Positions 1 to 8,102 of a stretch of 32,000 nt of DNA are shown one piece after another. The notes beneath the pieces are model-generated. The model had not been told where the DNA came from, ran no database searches, and saw nothing but the letters and a program-made list of their open reading frames with translations. Position numbers and translations under genes: made by a program. Source of the stretch: Pseudomonas aeruginosa (lineage in GTDB: Bacteria > Pseudomonadota > Gammaproteobacteria > Pseudomonadales > Pseudomonadaceae); assembly GCF_001457615.1 (NCBI RefSeq), contig NZ_LN831024.1, forward strand, positions 6,270,001 through 6,302,000, written 5' to 3'. How positions within the stretch are numbered: the stretch's first letter is position 1; every line of letters starts with the position of its first letter.

Positions 1-177
1 TCGAGCACCGCCGAAGAACGCCAGGCCGCCCTGGCCAGCCCCAGCGGACGTGCCGGCCGGCCCGAAGAGGTGGCCGCCGCGGTGGCCTTCCTCGCCTCGC
101 CCGAAGCCAGCTTCGTCAACGGCGAACTGCTGGTGGTGGATGGCGGCAACTGCCTGATCGAAAACAAACGGAGCTGA
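1..177 (+). CDS. Short-chain dehydrogenase/reductase, C-terminal fragment (5' end outside window)
   Basis: Frame 1 is open from base 1 to TGA at 175-177. Translation ...[40 protein letters not shown] is a typical SDR C-terminus. Confidence 0.8.
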   Translation, partial: SSTAEERQAALASPSGRAGRPEEVAAAVAFLASPEASFVNGELLVVDGGNCLIENKRS

Positions 178-241
178 ACATGCGCAACTGCAGCCTGACG
201 CTTTCCCAGCTTCCGGCGCCACCGGCGACCCGGAGCTGACC

Positions 242-922
242 ATGGCCGAGAATCTCCAGGAACGACTCTACCAACGACTGCGGGAAGACTTGCTGGCCGG
301 ACGTTTCCAGCCCGGCGAGCGACTGAAGATCCGCGACCTGGCGAACCAGTGGGGCACCAGCCCGATGCCGGTTCGCGCCGCCCTGCAACGGCTGGTGGCG
401 GAAGGGGCGCTGGAGGGCGAGGCACAACGCTCGCTCAGGGTGCCGCTAATGACCCGCGAGCGTTTCCTGCAGATCCTCCAGGTGCGCCTGTCCCTCGAAG
501 GGCTGGCGGCCGAAAGCGCCAGCGGCCGGCTGGACGAGCAGGCACTGGAAGGACTCGAAGGTTGTCTGCGGCGAATGGAGGACGCCTTGCGCCGACGCGA
601 GGTACAGGCCTACCTGGAAGCCAATAGCGAATTCCACCTGACGCTCTACCGCGCCTGCGGCAACCCGGTGCTGCTGCGTCTCATCGAGACGCTCTGGCTA
701 CAGGTCGGGCCGTTCTTCAACCGGCTGTTCACCGAGGCCGACCTCTCCCTACGTCTGAACGATTTCCACGAGGACGCCCTGGACGCGCTACGCCGCGGCG
801 ACGGCCCGGCCGCGCGCGCGGCGATCGAACAGGACCTGGCCTACTTCGGTCAGTACCTGCTGAACCTCCTGGAGCTGGAGGCCCGGCCACGAAAGCGACA
901 CCGTTCCGGCGAGCACGCCTGA
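242..922 (+). CDS. GntR-family (FadR/FCD subfamily) transcriptional regulator
   Basis: 226-aa ORF. N-terminal wHTH (LKIRDLANQWGTSPMPVRAALQRLVAEGALE) plus a helical FCD-like C-terminal domain. GGAG lies 7 nt upstream of the ATG. Confidence 0.9.
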   Translation: MAENLQERLYQRLREDLLAGRFQPGERLKIRDLANQWGTSPMPVRAALQRLVAEGALEGEAQRSLRVPLMTRERFLQILQVRLSLEGLAAESASGRLDEQALEGLEGCLRRMEDALRRREVQAYLEANSEFHLTLYRACGNPVLLRLIETLWLQVGPFFNRLFTEADLSLRLNDFHEDALDALRRGDGPAARAAIEQDLAYFGQYLLNLLELEARPRKRHRSGEHA

Positions 923-938
923 CGGGAGATAAGCGCCG

Positions 939-1151
939 CTACTGCGGGCGAATGGTGCGCACATTGTCCTTCTTGATCAGGATGGTGTCGCCATTCAGCT
1001 GTTCGAACTCGTAGTAGTCATTGTATTTGTCGTAATCCGACTGATCCTTGACCAGGACCTCGCTGCCATCTTGCAAAGTGACCACCGCCTGGTTGGCGCA
1101 ACCCGCCAGGCTGGTCAGCAGCAATGCAGCGAACAGAGCTTTGAACTTCAT
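939..1151 (-). CDS. Small lipoprotein, YgdI/YgdR (DUF903)-like
   Basis: 70-aa ORF with signal peptide and lipobox (LLLTSLAGC). Convergent with the GntR gene. Confidence 0.85.
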   Translation of the reverse strand: MKFKALFAALLLTSLAGCANQAVVTLQDGSEVLVKDQSDYDKYNDYYEFEQLNGDTILIKKDNVRTIRPQ

Positions 1152-1368
1152 AGAATCTCCACACGGGGCAGCGCACTTGCCTACATCCGGAGCGACAAGT
1201 GCGGAATTGCCCTTGTGACCGTCGCAATCGAGGGAAATTCCTTAGCGCAGCGGCGCTTTGTCGGAGACGAAGCGCCGACGGCGCCGCGCAGGGCCTCCAG
1301 GCAGCCTCGCGCGACGTCGGGAAGTCAGCGGCAAAGGCGCGTTGCAGAGCCTTTGCGGCGGTTCAGGC

Positions 1369-1770
1369 TCAGCTCTCCAGCCAGACGTCGCGAGCCCAGA
1401 CCCACACCGAATCCCAGCTTTCATCGGTGAGGTCGCCATCGGCCCAGAGCACCACCTCGCCGTCCTCCGCCACGCAGTAGTAGCTGCCGTCGTCCTCGCA
1501 AAGCGGGATCAGCTCGCGCGGAACGCCCAGGTCCCAGGCAGTGGCCGCCACTTCGGGCAGATAGGTGTGCGAGTGCGGATCGGTCACGGTCACCGGCTCC
1601 AGGCGGCCGTAGACCACATCGCTGACCAGCAGGAGGAATTCGCGGAACTCGGCGGGAATGCCGATCAGCAGCTCTTCCTCGATTTCCACCAGCAGTTCTT
1701 CTTCCGGCAGTTCCAGGGGCACCGGAACCGGTTCGTTGAGTTCACGCAGTTTTTCGATGACGTCTTCCAC
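1369..1770 (-). CDS. Acidic hypothetical protein, SMI1/KNR4 (SUKH)-like
   Basis: Only the 3' part of ORF 1369..2082 looks coding. The GTG at 1770 is preceded by GAGAGA. Product is VEDVIEKLRELNEPVPVPLELPEEELL...WADGDLTDESWDSVWVWARDVWLES. Start codon is uncertain. Confidence 0.65.
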   Translation of the reverse strand: MEDVIEKLRELNEPVPVPLELPEEELLVEIEEELLIGIPAEFREFLLLVSDVVYGRLEPVTVTDPHSHTYLPEVAATAWDLGVPRELIPLCEDDGSYYCVAEDGEVVLWADGDLTDESWDSVWVWARDVWLES

Positions 1771-1966
1771 GACAGGCTCTCTCGCAACGGGTGGCGCGCT
1801 TTTTATACAGTAGCCGCACCGAGCGCAAGACAAGTGTCGCGGCTGGCCTTCGGCCATGGCGCCGGACGAATGGTCGGTCAACCCGCCAACGGAGATGAAA
1901 AAACCCCCGTTCCCTGGCGGAAGCGGGGGGTTCGGCGGCCCCCGAAGGGACCGCAACCACTCGGGA

Positions 1967-2821
1967 TCAGTTCTGCCGGATACCGGCCACCAGCCATGGC
2001 TGGTTCTCGCCCTGGGCGCGCTCCATCCGCCAGCTTTCGCTGAAGGCTTCGCCCTGGTCGAAGCGCGAGGTCTTCGACACACCGCTGAAGGTCAGGGTGG
2101 CGATGGTCTTGTCGGCCTGGTCGTCGACGCCGTCCAGTTGCACGACCAGGTTGTCGATGTAGGTGGACTGGTAGGCGTCGCCGATCTCGGCGCGCTCCTG
2201 CTTCAGCCATTGCAACATCTGCGGGGTGACGAACTCGGCGATCTTGTCCATCTCGTTGGCATCCCAATGCTGCTGCAGGGACATGAAGTGTTCGCGAGCG
2301 GCACCGACGAAGCGCTCCTCGTTGAACCAGCTCGGCGCGTTGATCACCGGGCTCGGCGCAGCGGCAGCAGCGGCGGCGCCACCGAAGATCGGCGCCTGGG
2401 CCGGCATTTCGCGCTGCATCGGCGCGTGCCCGGCCATCGCAGGCTGGCCCTGGTTCTGCTGGCGCCGGCGAGCGGCGATGAAGCGGAAGGCAATGAAGGC
2501 CACCAGGGCGATCAACAGGATGTCGAGCATCTGGATGCCCTCGAAGCCGTCGCCCATGAACATGGAAGCGAGCAGGCCGCCCGCGGCGATACCGGCCAGC
2601 GGGCCGAGCCAGCGCGAAGCACCGCTGGCGGCAGCGGCGGGACGAGCGGCGTTGGGGGCGGCAGCAGTGGCGTTCGGCGCAGTGGCCGGCTGCGCCTGGC
2701 GGGTCTGGTGGCTGGGTGCCGAGCCGAGGCTCTTGCCGCCGCCGAAGCGCTTGGCATTGGCATCCAGGCTGACGGTCAGCGCCAGGCAGAAGGCGAGGGC
2801 GATGCTGAGAACACGCTGCAT
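1967..2821 (-). CDS. Tim44-like domain membrane protein
   Basis: Internal ATG at 2821 of ORF 1967..3244 gives MQRVLSIALAFCLALTVSLDANA (signal peptide). This is followed by an Ala/Pro-rich linker, a TM segment and a C-terminal Tim44-like domain (FMSLQQHWDANEMDKIAEFVTPQM...). Confidence 0.85.
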   Translation of the reverse strand: MQRVLSIALAFCLALTVSLDANAKRFGGGKSLGSAPSHQTRQAQPATAPNATAAAPNAARPAAAASGASRWLGPLAGIAAGGLLASMFMGDGFEGIQMLDILLIALVAFIAFRFIAARRRQQNQGQPAMAGHAPMQREMPAQAPIFGGAAAAAAAPSPVINAPSWFNEERFVGAAREHFMSLQQHWDANEMDKIAEFVTPQMLQWLKQERAEIGDAYQSTYIDNLVVQLDGVDDQADKTIATLTFSGVSKTSRFDQGEAFSESWRMERAQGENQPWLVAGIRQN

Positions 2822-3182
2822 TGTAGTCTTTCTCTCTTGGGGGAATCGACGCGCGCCATGTTGCGGCGGTACGGGCGACAGGACCAGCCGGATTTTGTTT
2901 CGGGCTATTGCTCCCCGGCCGCCGTTTTTTCGCCCGCCGCGTCTGGCTCGCGGGTCGGCGCCAGGGTACACCTTCGTTGCCGGGGACGACAGGCATGCAC
3001 GCGGATCGGCGCGCGAAGATCCGCCCGGCGACCCGGGAAGCACAACGCAGAGCCTCGCCGAAACGTCTGTTACAGTTTTTTTCAGCCCACCGATCAAGCA
3101 CTTGCGGATGCTAGTCTGCGGGTCTGCGAGGCCGCCCGGTCGCCGCGTCTGCCGACCCATTCCCCGAGCGAGGACCGCCGCC

Positions 3183-4940
3183 ATGCATGCCGTCGATTTC
3201 ATCCAGGACCTCGCCGTGATCATGCTGGTGGCGGGTGTGGTCACTATCCTCTTCCACCGCCTGCGCCAACCGGTGGTCCTCGGCTACATCGTCGCCGGCT
3301 TCATCATCGGCCCGCACACCCCGCCCTTCGGACTGATCCACGACGAAGACACGATCAAGACCCTGGCCGAACTCGGGGTGATCTTCCTGATGTTCTGCCT
3401 CGGCCTGGAGTTCAGCCTGCGCAAGCTCTTCCAGGTCGGCGCCACGGCGTTCATCGCGGCGTTCCTGGAAATCGTCCTGATGATCTGGATCGGCTTCGAG
3501 ATCGGTCGCTTCTTCGAGTGGAGCACCATGGACTCGCTGTTCCTCGGCGCGATCCTGGCGATCTCCTCCACCACCATCATCGTCAAGGCGCTCGGCGACC
3601 TGAAGATGAAGAACGAGCGCTTCGCCCAACTGATCTTCGGCGTGCTGATCGTCGAGGACATCCTCGGCATCGGCATCATCGCCCTGCTGTCGGGAATCGC
3701 CGTGAGCGGTTCGGTGGAAACCGGCGAGGTGTTCTCCACGGTCGGCAAGCTCAGCCTGTTCATGATCGTCGCGCTGGTCGTCGGCATCCTCCTGGTGCCA
3801 CGCCTGCTGGCCTACGTGGCGAAGTTCGAGAGCAACGAGATGCTGCTGGTCACCGTGCTCGGCCTGTGCTTCGGCTTCTGCCTGCTGGTGGTGAAGCTGG
3901 AATACAGCATGGTGCTCGGCGCCTTCCTGATCGGCGCGATCATGGCCGAGTCGCGCCAGTTGGTGCAGATCGAACGATTGATCGAGCCGGTCCGTGACAT
4001 GTTCAGTGCGATCTTCTTCGTCGCCATCGGCCTGCTGATCGACCCGAAGATCCTCGTCGAGTACGCCTGGCCGATCGCCCTGATCACCGTCGCGGTGGTG
4101 CTCGGCAAGATGTTCTCCTGCGGCATGGGTGCGTTCATCGCCGGCAACGACGGACGCACTTCGCTGCGGGTCGGCATGGGCCTGTCGCAGATCGGCGAGT
4201 TCTCCTTCATCATCGCCGCCCTGGGCATGACTCTGAAAGTCACCAGCGACTTCCTCTACCCGGTGGCGGTAGCGGTCTCGGCCATCACCACCCTGCTCAC
4301 CCCGTACCTGATCCGCGCCGCCGACCCGCTCTCGCAGCACCTGGCCAACGCCATGCCGCAGCGCATGGCGAGGATCTTCGGCCACTACGGCGACTGGCTG
4401 CGCAGCATCCAGCCGCAGGGCGACCGTGCGGTGCTGGCGGCGATGATCCGGCGCATCTTGCTGCAGGTCGGGGTGAACCTGGCGCTGGTGATCGCGATCT
4501 TCCTCGCCGGCGGTTATTTCGCCGATACGCTTTCCGCCTGGATGAGCCAGTGGGTCGCCTACGACGGGCTACACAAGGCATTGATCTGGGGCGGCGCGCT
4601 GCTGGTCTCGCTGGCCTTCCTGATCGCCGCGTACCGCAAGCTCAAGGCCCTGTCGATGCTGCTGGCCGAACTCGGGGTCAAGCCGGAGAAAGCCGGACGC
4701 CATACGGCGCGGGTACGTCGGGTGATCTCCGAGATCATCCCGCTGCTGTCGCTGGCCGGCATGATGGTGCTGCTGGCGGCGCTCAGCTCGAGCATCCTGC
4801 CGCCGGGCGAGTTGCTGGTCGTAGTGGTGCTGGTCGCCGGCCTGGTGATCGCAGTGCTCTGGCGCTGGCTGATCCGCGTGCATTCGCGGATGCAGATCGC
4901 GCTGATGGAAACCCTCGACCAGGAAAAGGGCAGCCACTGA
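3183..4940 (+). CDS. Cation:proton antiporter (CPA2 / Kef-type Na+/H+ exchanger family)
   Basis: ATG at 3183 inside ORF 2226..4940 gives MHAVDFIQDLAVIMLVAGVVTILFHRLRQPVVLGYIVAGFIIGPH..., a polytopic membrane protein typical of Na_H_Exchanger family proteins (585 aa). Confidence 0.9.
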   Translation: MHAVDFIQDLAVIMLVAGVVTILFHRLRQPVVLGYIVAGFIIGPHTPPFGLIHDEDTIKTLAELGVIFLMFCLGLEFSLRKLFQVGATAFIAAFLEIVLMIWIGFEIGRFFEWSTMDSLFLGAILAISSTTIIVKALGDLKMKNERFAQLIFGVLIVEDILGIGIIALLSGIAVSGSVETGEVFSTVGKLSLFMIVALVVGILLVPRLLAYVAKFESNEMLLVTVLGLCFGFCLLVVKLEYSMVLGAFLIGAIMAESRQLVQIERLIEPVRDMFSAIFFVAIGLLIDPKILVEYAWPIALITVAVVLGKMFSCGMGAFIAGNDGRTSLRVGMGLSQIGEFSFIIAALGMTLKVTSDFLYPVAVAVSAITTLLTPYLIRAADPLSQHLANAMPQRMARIFGHYGDWLRSIQPQGDRAVLAAMIRRILLQVGVNLALVIAIFLAGGYFADTLSAWMSQWVAYDGLHKALIWGGALLVSLAFLIAAYRKLKALSMLLAELGVKPEKAGRHTARVRRVISEIIPLLSLAGMMVLLAALSSSILPPGELLVVVVLVAGLVIAVLWRWLIRVHSRMQIALMETLDQEKGSH

Positions 4941-4971
4941 GAGCCAAGCGATCCCGGCCTGCCGTCGAATC

Positions 4972-5000
4972 GGCGGATAACCACGCTGCGGTTATTCGCC
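4972..5000. repeat. REP-like palindromic element, copy 1 (GGCGGATAACC-N7-GGTTATTCGCC)
   Basis: 11-bp inverted arms with one G:T position. A near-identical element lies at 6765-6792 in the same orientation. Both are intergenic and flank the MFS gene. Confidence 0.7.
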
Positions 5001-5148
5001 CTCGCCTGCATCTGGTGTCGCTATCGGACCCTTTGCCCTGAAGGATCGGCGGATTTCCGCTTATCCACTCTCCCGGTCGGCGGACTCCCGCTCGGCCAAG
5101 ACCACCCCGCTCCTCTTCCAACCCAGTCCCCACGCGGCTTTCCCGCGT

Positions 5149-5164
5149 TGGCACGGCACCTGCT
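5149..5164 (+). promoter_or_regulatory. Sigma-54 (RpoN) -24/-12 promoter
   Basis: TGGCACGGCACCTGCT compared with consensus TGGCACG-N4-TTGCW. GG and GC have exact spacing. It lies ~92 bp upstream of the MFS ATG at 5256. Confidence 0.75.
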
Positions 5165-5255
5165 ATCGAGCCATCCAATACGTCGCCCTCGCGATGTGCC
5201 GGTGTGCTGCGCCCTGATCAGCACATCCAAGACAACAACGAAAAGAGGAAACACG

Positions 5256-6563
5256 ATGGAAAGCGCCAACGCCATTTCCGCGTCTGCCCAGCCCCGCACC
5301 ACTTCGCAACGCATCAAGTCGATCTTCAGCGGTTCCGTCGGCAACCTGGTCGAGTGGTACGACTGGTACGTCTACGCCGCCTTCTCGCTGTACTTCGCAA
5401 AGGCATTCTTCCCCCAGGGCGACATGACCGCCCAACTGCTGAACACCGCAGCTATCTTCGCTGTGGGCTTCCTGATGCGCCCGATCGGTGGCTGGCTGAT
5501 GGGTATCTATGCCGACCGCAAGGGCCGCAAGGCGGCGTTGCTGGCCTCGGTGCTGCTGATGTGCTTTGGCTCGCTGATCATCGCCCTGACCCCCAGCTAT
5601 GAAACCATCGGCGTCGCCGCGCCGATCCTGCTGGTGGTCGCGCGCCTGCTCCAGGGCCTGTCGGTCGGCGGCGAATACGGCACCTCCGCCACCTACCTGA
5701 GCGAGATGGCGAACAAGGAACAGCGCGGGTTCTTCTCCAGCTTCCAGTACGTGACCCTGATTTCCGGCCAGCTCATCGCCCTGGCGGTGCTGATCGTCCT
5801 GCAACAGACCCTGACCGTAGAACAACTGGAAAGCTGGGGCTGGCGCGTCCCCTTCTTCATCGGCGCGCTGTGTGCAGTGGTGGCGATGTTCCTGCGTCGC
5901 GGCATGGAAGAGACCGAGTCCTTCTCGAAGAAGAAGGAAGAGCCGAAGGAAAGCCTGCTGCGCACCCTGCTGCGCCACCCGAAGGAAGTGCTGACCGTGG
6001 TCGGCCTGACCATGGGCGGCACCCTGGCCTTCTACACCTACACCACCTACATGCAGAAGTACCTGGTGAACACGGTAGGCATGAGCAAGACCGATTCGAC
6101 CATGATCTCGGCTGCCACCCTGTTCCTCTTCATGCTGCTGCAGCCCATCGTCGGCGCCCTCTCCGACAAGATCGGCCGGCGGCCGATCCTGATCGCCTTC
6201 GGCGTACTCGGCACCGTCTTCACCTACCCGATCCTCAGCACCCTGCACAGCGTCGACAGCTGGTGGGGAGCGTTCTTCCTGATCATGGCGGCGCTGGTGA
6301 TCGTCAGCGGCTACACCTCGATCAATGCGGTGGTGAAGGCCGAACTGTTCCCCACCGAGATCCGCGCCCTGGGCGTCGGCCTGCCGTATGCCCTGACCGT
6401 GTCGATCTTCGGCGGCACCGCCGAATACGTTGCCTTGTGGTTCAAGAGCGTCGGCCTGGAGAGCGGCTTCTACTGGTACGTCACCGCCTGTATCGCCTGC
6501 TCGCTGCTGGTCTATGTGTTCATGAAGGACACCCAGAAGCACTCGAAGATCACGACCGATTGA
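5256..6563 (+). CDS. MFS metabolite:H+ symporter (KgtP/PcaT-like alpha-ketoglutarate / C5-dicarboxylate transporter)
   Basis: ATG at 5256 is preceded by AAGAGGA. Product MESANAIS...GNLVEWYDWYVYAAFSLYFAKAFFP...ADRKGRK carries MHS-family signatures. Recalled as PA5530. Confidence 0.9.
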   Translation: MESANAISASAQPRTTSQRIKSIFSGSVGNLVEWYDWYVYAAFSLYFAKAFFPQGDMTAQLLNTAAIFAVGFLMRPIGGWLMGIYADRKGRKAALLASVLLMCFGSLIIALTPSYETIGVAAPILLVVARLLQGLSVGGEYGTSATYLSEMANKEQRGFFSSFQYVTLISGQLIALAVLIVLQQTLTVEQLESWGWRVPFFIGALCAVVAMFLRRGMEETESFSKKKEEPKESLLRTLLRHPKEVLTVVGLTMGGTLAFYTYTTYMQKYLVNTVGMSKTDSTMISAATLFLFMLLQPIVGALSDKIGRRPILIAFGVLGTVFTYPILSTLHSVDSWWGAFFLIMAALVIVSGYTSINAVVKAELFPTEIRALGVGLPYALTVSIFGGTAEYVALWFKSVGLESGFYWYVTACIACSLLVYVFMKDTQKHSKITTD

Positions 6564-6604
6564 TTGAGCCTCGTGCTCATGGCCCCGACACACTCCGGGC
6601 CTTT

Positions 6605-6613
6605 TTATCCACA
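6605..6613 (+). other. Exact DnaA-box consensus 9-mer TTATCCACA (intergenic, overlapping the 5' base of the terminator stem after the MFS gene)
   Basis: Exact string match. Function as a DnaA site is a hypothesis. Confidence 0.5.
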
Positions 6614-6647
6614 GGACGGCGACCTTCGGGTCGCCGTCCTGCTTTTT
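6613..6647 (+). terminator. Rho-independent terminator after the MFS gene
   Basis: Perfect 12-bp stem AGGACGGCGACC/GGTCGCCGTCCT with a TTCG loop, followed by GCTTTTT. Confidence 0.85.
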
Positions 6648-6764
6648 GGCGCGGCAACCGATTCCCCCACACCCGCCGACTGTTGGTCTACGGCACGGCA
6701 TCCCGACCGGAGCCCTAGGGCGCGCAACGCCGGCGGCGTAATCATCCGGTGTCCCTGCGTTCCA

Positions 6765-6792
6765 CGGCGGATAACCGCAAGCGGTTATTCGC
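6765..6792. repeat. REP-like palindromic element, copy 2 (GGCGGATAACC-N6-GGTTATTCGCC)
   Basis: Same arms as the 4972-5000 element. A degenerate partial copy (~80% by eye) lies at 6851-6879. Confidence 0.7.
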
Positions 6793-6925
6793 CCTGCGGC
6801 TCGTCATTCCGGCGGGGCTGGAACCTTGGCGCGCAAACGCCGATCTCCTCGCGTTCCCACGGTGGAACAGCGCAAGGGGCCTGCCGTCCCCAGGCAGCGA
6901 AGCCCCGTCTGCGAGACCTACCGGG

Positions 6926-6954
6926 AATAAAAAAACCGCGCTCGAAGGCGCGGC
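6926..6954 (-). terminator. Rho-independent terminator of tonB1
   Basis: The minus strand reads GCCGCGC-CTTCGA-GCGCGG followed by TTTTTTTATT, 25 bp after the tonB1 stop. Confidence 0.8.
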
Positions 6955-6978
6955 TCTTTTCGTTGTCAGAGAACCGCC

Positions 6979-8010
6979 TCAGCGGCGCTTCTCGATCTTG
7001 AAGAAAAACATCTTGGTCGCCTGGCGGGCGACGATCTTGCCACCACTGACACGCGGCTCGAAACGCCACTTGGCCATGGCCTGGCGCACTTCGCGGTCGA
7101 ACATGCGCGACGGCACCGACTCCAGCACCTGGATGTCGTCAATGCGGCCATCGCTGGTGATGGTGAACAGCACCTTCACCCGGCCTTCGATACCCCGGGC
7201 CTGGGCCATCCGGGGATAGACCGGAGGATCCATGCGCAACGGCTTGATGTCACTGTCGTTGAGGCTGCCGCTGGGCAGGCCGGCCGGACCTTGCGAGCCG
7301 CTGGGCGCGGTCTGCGCGCCGGGCGTGCTCTGCCCGACGGTAGGTGCGGGCGGCGGCGGGGCGGCGCTGGACGGGCTGGGCTGACTGGATGCCTCCGTGC
7401 TCGGCTCGGGTTCCGGCTTGGGTTTGGGTTCCGGCTTCGGCTTGGCCTTCGGAATGGCGTTTTCCACCGGTTTGGGCTTGGGTTTCGGCTTGGGCTTGGG
7501 TTTTTCCACCGGCTTCGGCTTCGGCGGCTCCGGCTTGGGTTCCTCGATCTTCGGCGGCGTCGGCTCCGGCGCGGCAGCCGGCGGCTGCGGGGTCGGCTCG
7601 GCCTTCTTCTCGAGCTGGACGAAATTCACCTGCATGGTCTTCGGCAGTTCGCCGTGGCCAAGGTTGAGTTCGGCCGGGGTCGGCATCACCCACACCAGCG
7701 CACCGATGATCGCCACATGCATCGCCACCGCCGCGCCGGAGGACAACCACCAGCGCGACTTGGGCGGCTCGCCGGGGACGTCTTCGGGATCGCTGCCATG
7801 GGCGTAGGGGATCAGCACTTCCTCGACCGCCACTTCCTCGTCGCGGCGCGCACCGGAGCAGTCCACCACGCGCAGGTTGGGTTCTCCGCGCTGGGCATTC
7901 ACGCATGGCAGGGACTCGCTTTCGTCTCCCTGGGCGGGAGCGGTGGGGTGGTCTTCGGCGAGCGCGGCCAGCGAAAAACGGTCAGGCGACCGTGAAGGCT
8001 GTGGCGACAT
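6979..8010 (-). CDS. tonB1: TonB energy transducer with long N-terminal extension and Pro/Lys-rich spacer
   Basis: 343-codon ORF. TM segment around residues 87-108, (E/K)P repeats, and a C-terminal TonB domain (YPRMAQARGIEGRVKVLFTITSDGRIDDIQVLES). A Fur box lies upstream. Confidence 0.95.
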   Translation of the reverse strand: MSPQPSRSPDRFSLAALAEDHPTAPAQGDESESLPCVNAQRGEPNLRVVDCSGARRDEEVAVEEVLIPYAHGSDPEDVPGEPPKSRWWLSSGAAVAMHVAIIGALVWVMPTPAELNLGHGELPKTMQVNFVQLEKKAEPTPQPPAAAPEPTPPKIEEPKPEPPKPKPVEKPKPKPKPKPKPVENAIPKAKPKPEPKPKPEPEPSTEASSQPSPSSAAPPPPAPTVGQSTPGAQTAPSGSQGPAGLPSGSLNDSDIKPLRMDPPVYPRMAQARGIEGRVKVLFTITSDGRIDDIQVLESVPSRMFDREVRQAMAKWRFEPRVSGGKIVARQATKMFFFKIEKRR

Positions 8011-8056
8011 GAGGGCGACCTGCGGAGAAGTGAAAGGTAAGGAAGTAGAGTCTTCT

Positions 8057-8075
8057 GATAATTATTATCATTCAG
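8057..8075 (-). promoter_or_regulatory. Fur box upstream of tonB1
   Basis: GATAATTATTATCATTCAG matches 14/19 positions of GATAATGATAATCATTATC. It starts 47 bp upstream of the tonB1 ATG in an AT-rich spacer. Confidence 0.8.
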
Positions 8076-8102
8076 TCGCGTCCTCAGGGCAACCTTGGCG
8101 GA

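Noticed and set aside
1856-3997. 713-aa ORF on + strand, plus similar giant ORFs at 1878..3101 and 3111..4385
   Set aside because: The translations are Arg/Gly/Ala/Pro/His-rich low-complexity strings, as expected from off-frame reading of high-GC DNA. They overlap well-supported genes (Tim44-like, antiporter) and have no RBS or domain signatures.
5163-6701. 512-aa antisense ORF covering the MFS transporter gene
   Set aside because: It is the mirror-frame artefact of a GC3-rich gene. The product has no recognisable motifs, and the ORF runs through the terminator hairpin.
6564-7001. 145-aa ORF in the spacer between the MFS gene and tonB1
   Set aside because: It runs straight through two terminator hairpins and the REP-like palindromes and into tonB1 antisense. 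It has no RBS and a poor composition.
7397-7560. Tandem-looking GGCTTGGGTTT/GGCTTCGGCTT repeats (possible VNTR or CRISPR-like array)
   Set aside because: They are the reverse complement of the (K/E)P-repeat codons of the tonB1 proline-rich spacer. There is no spacer-repeat architecture and no cas genes.
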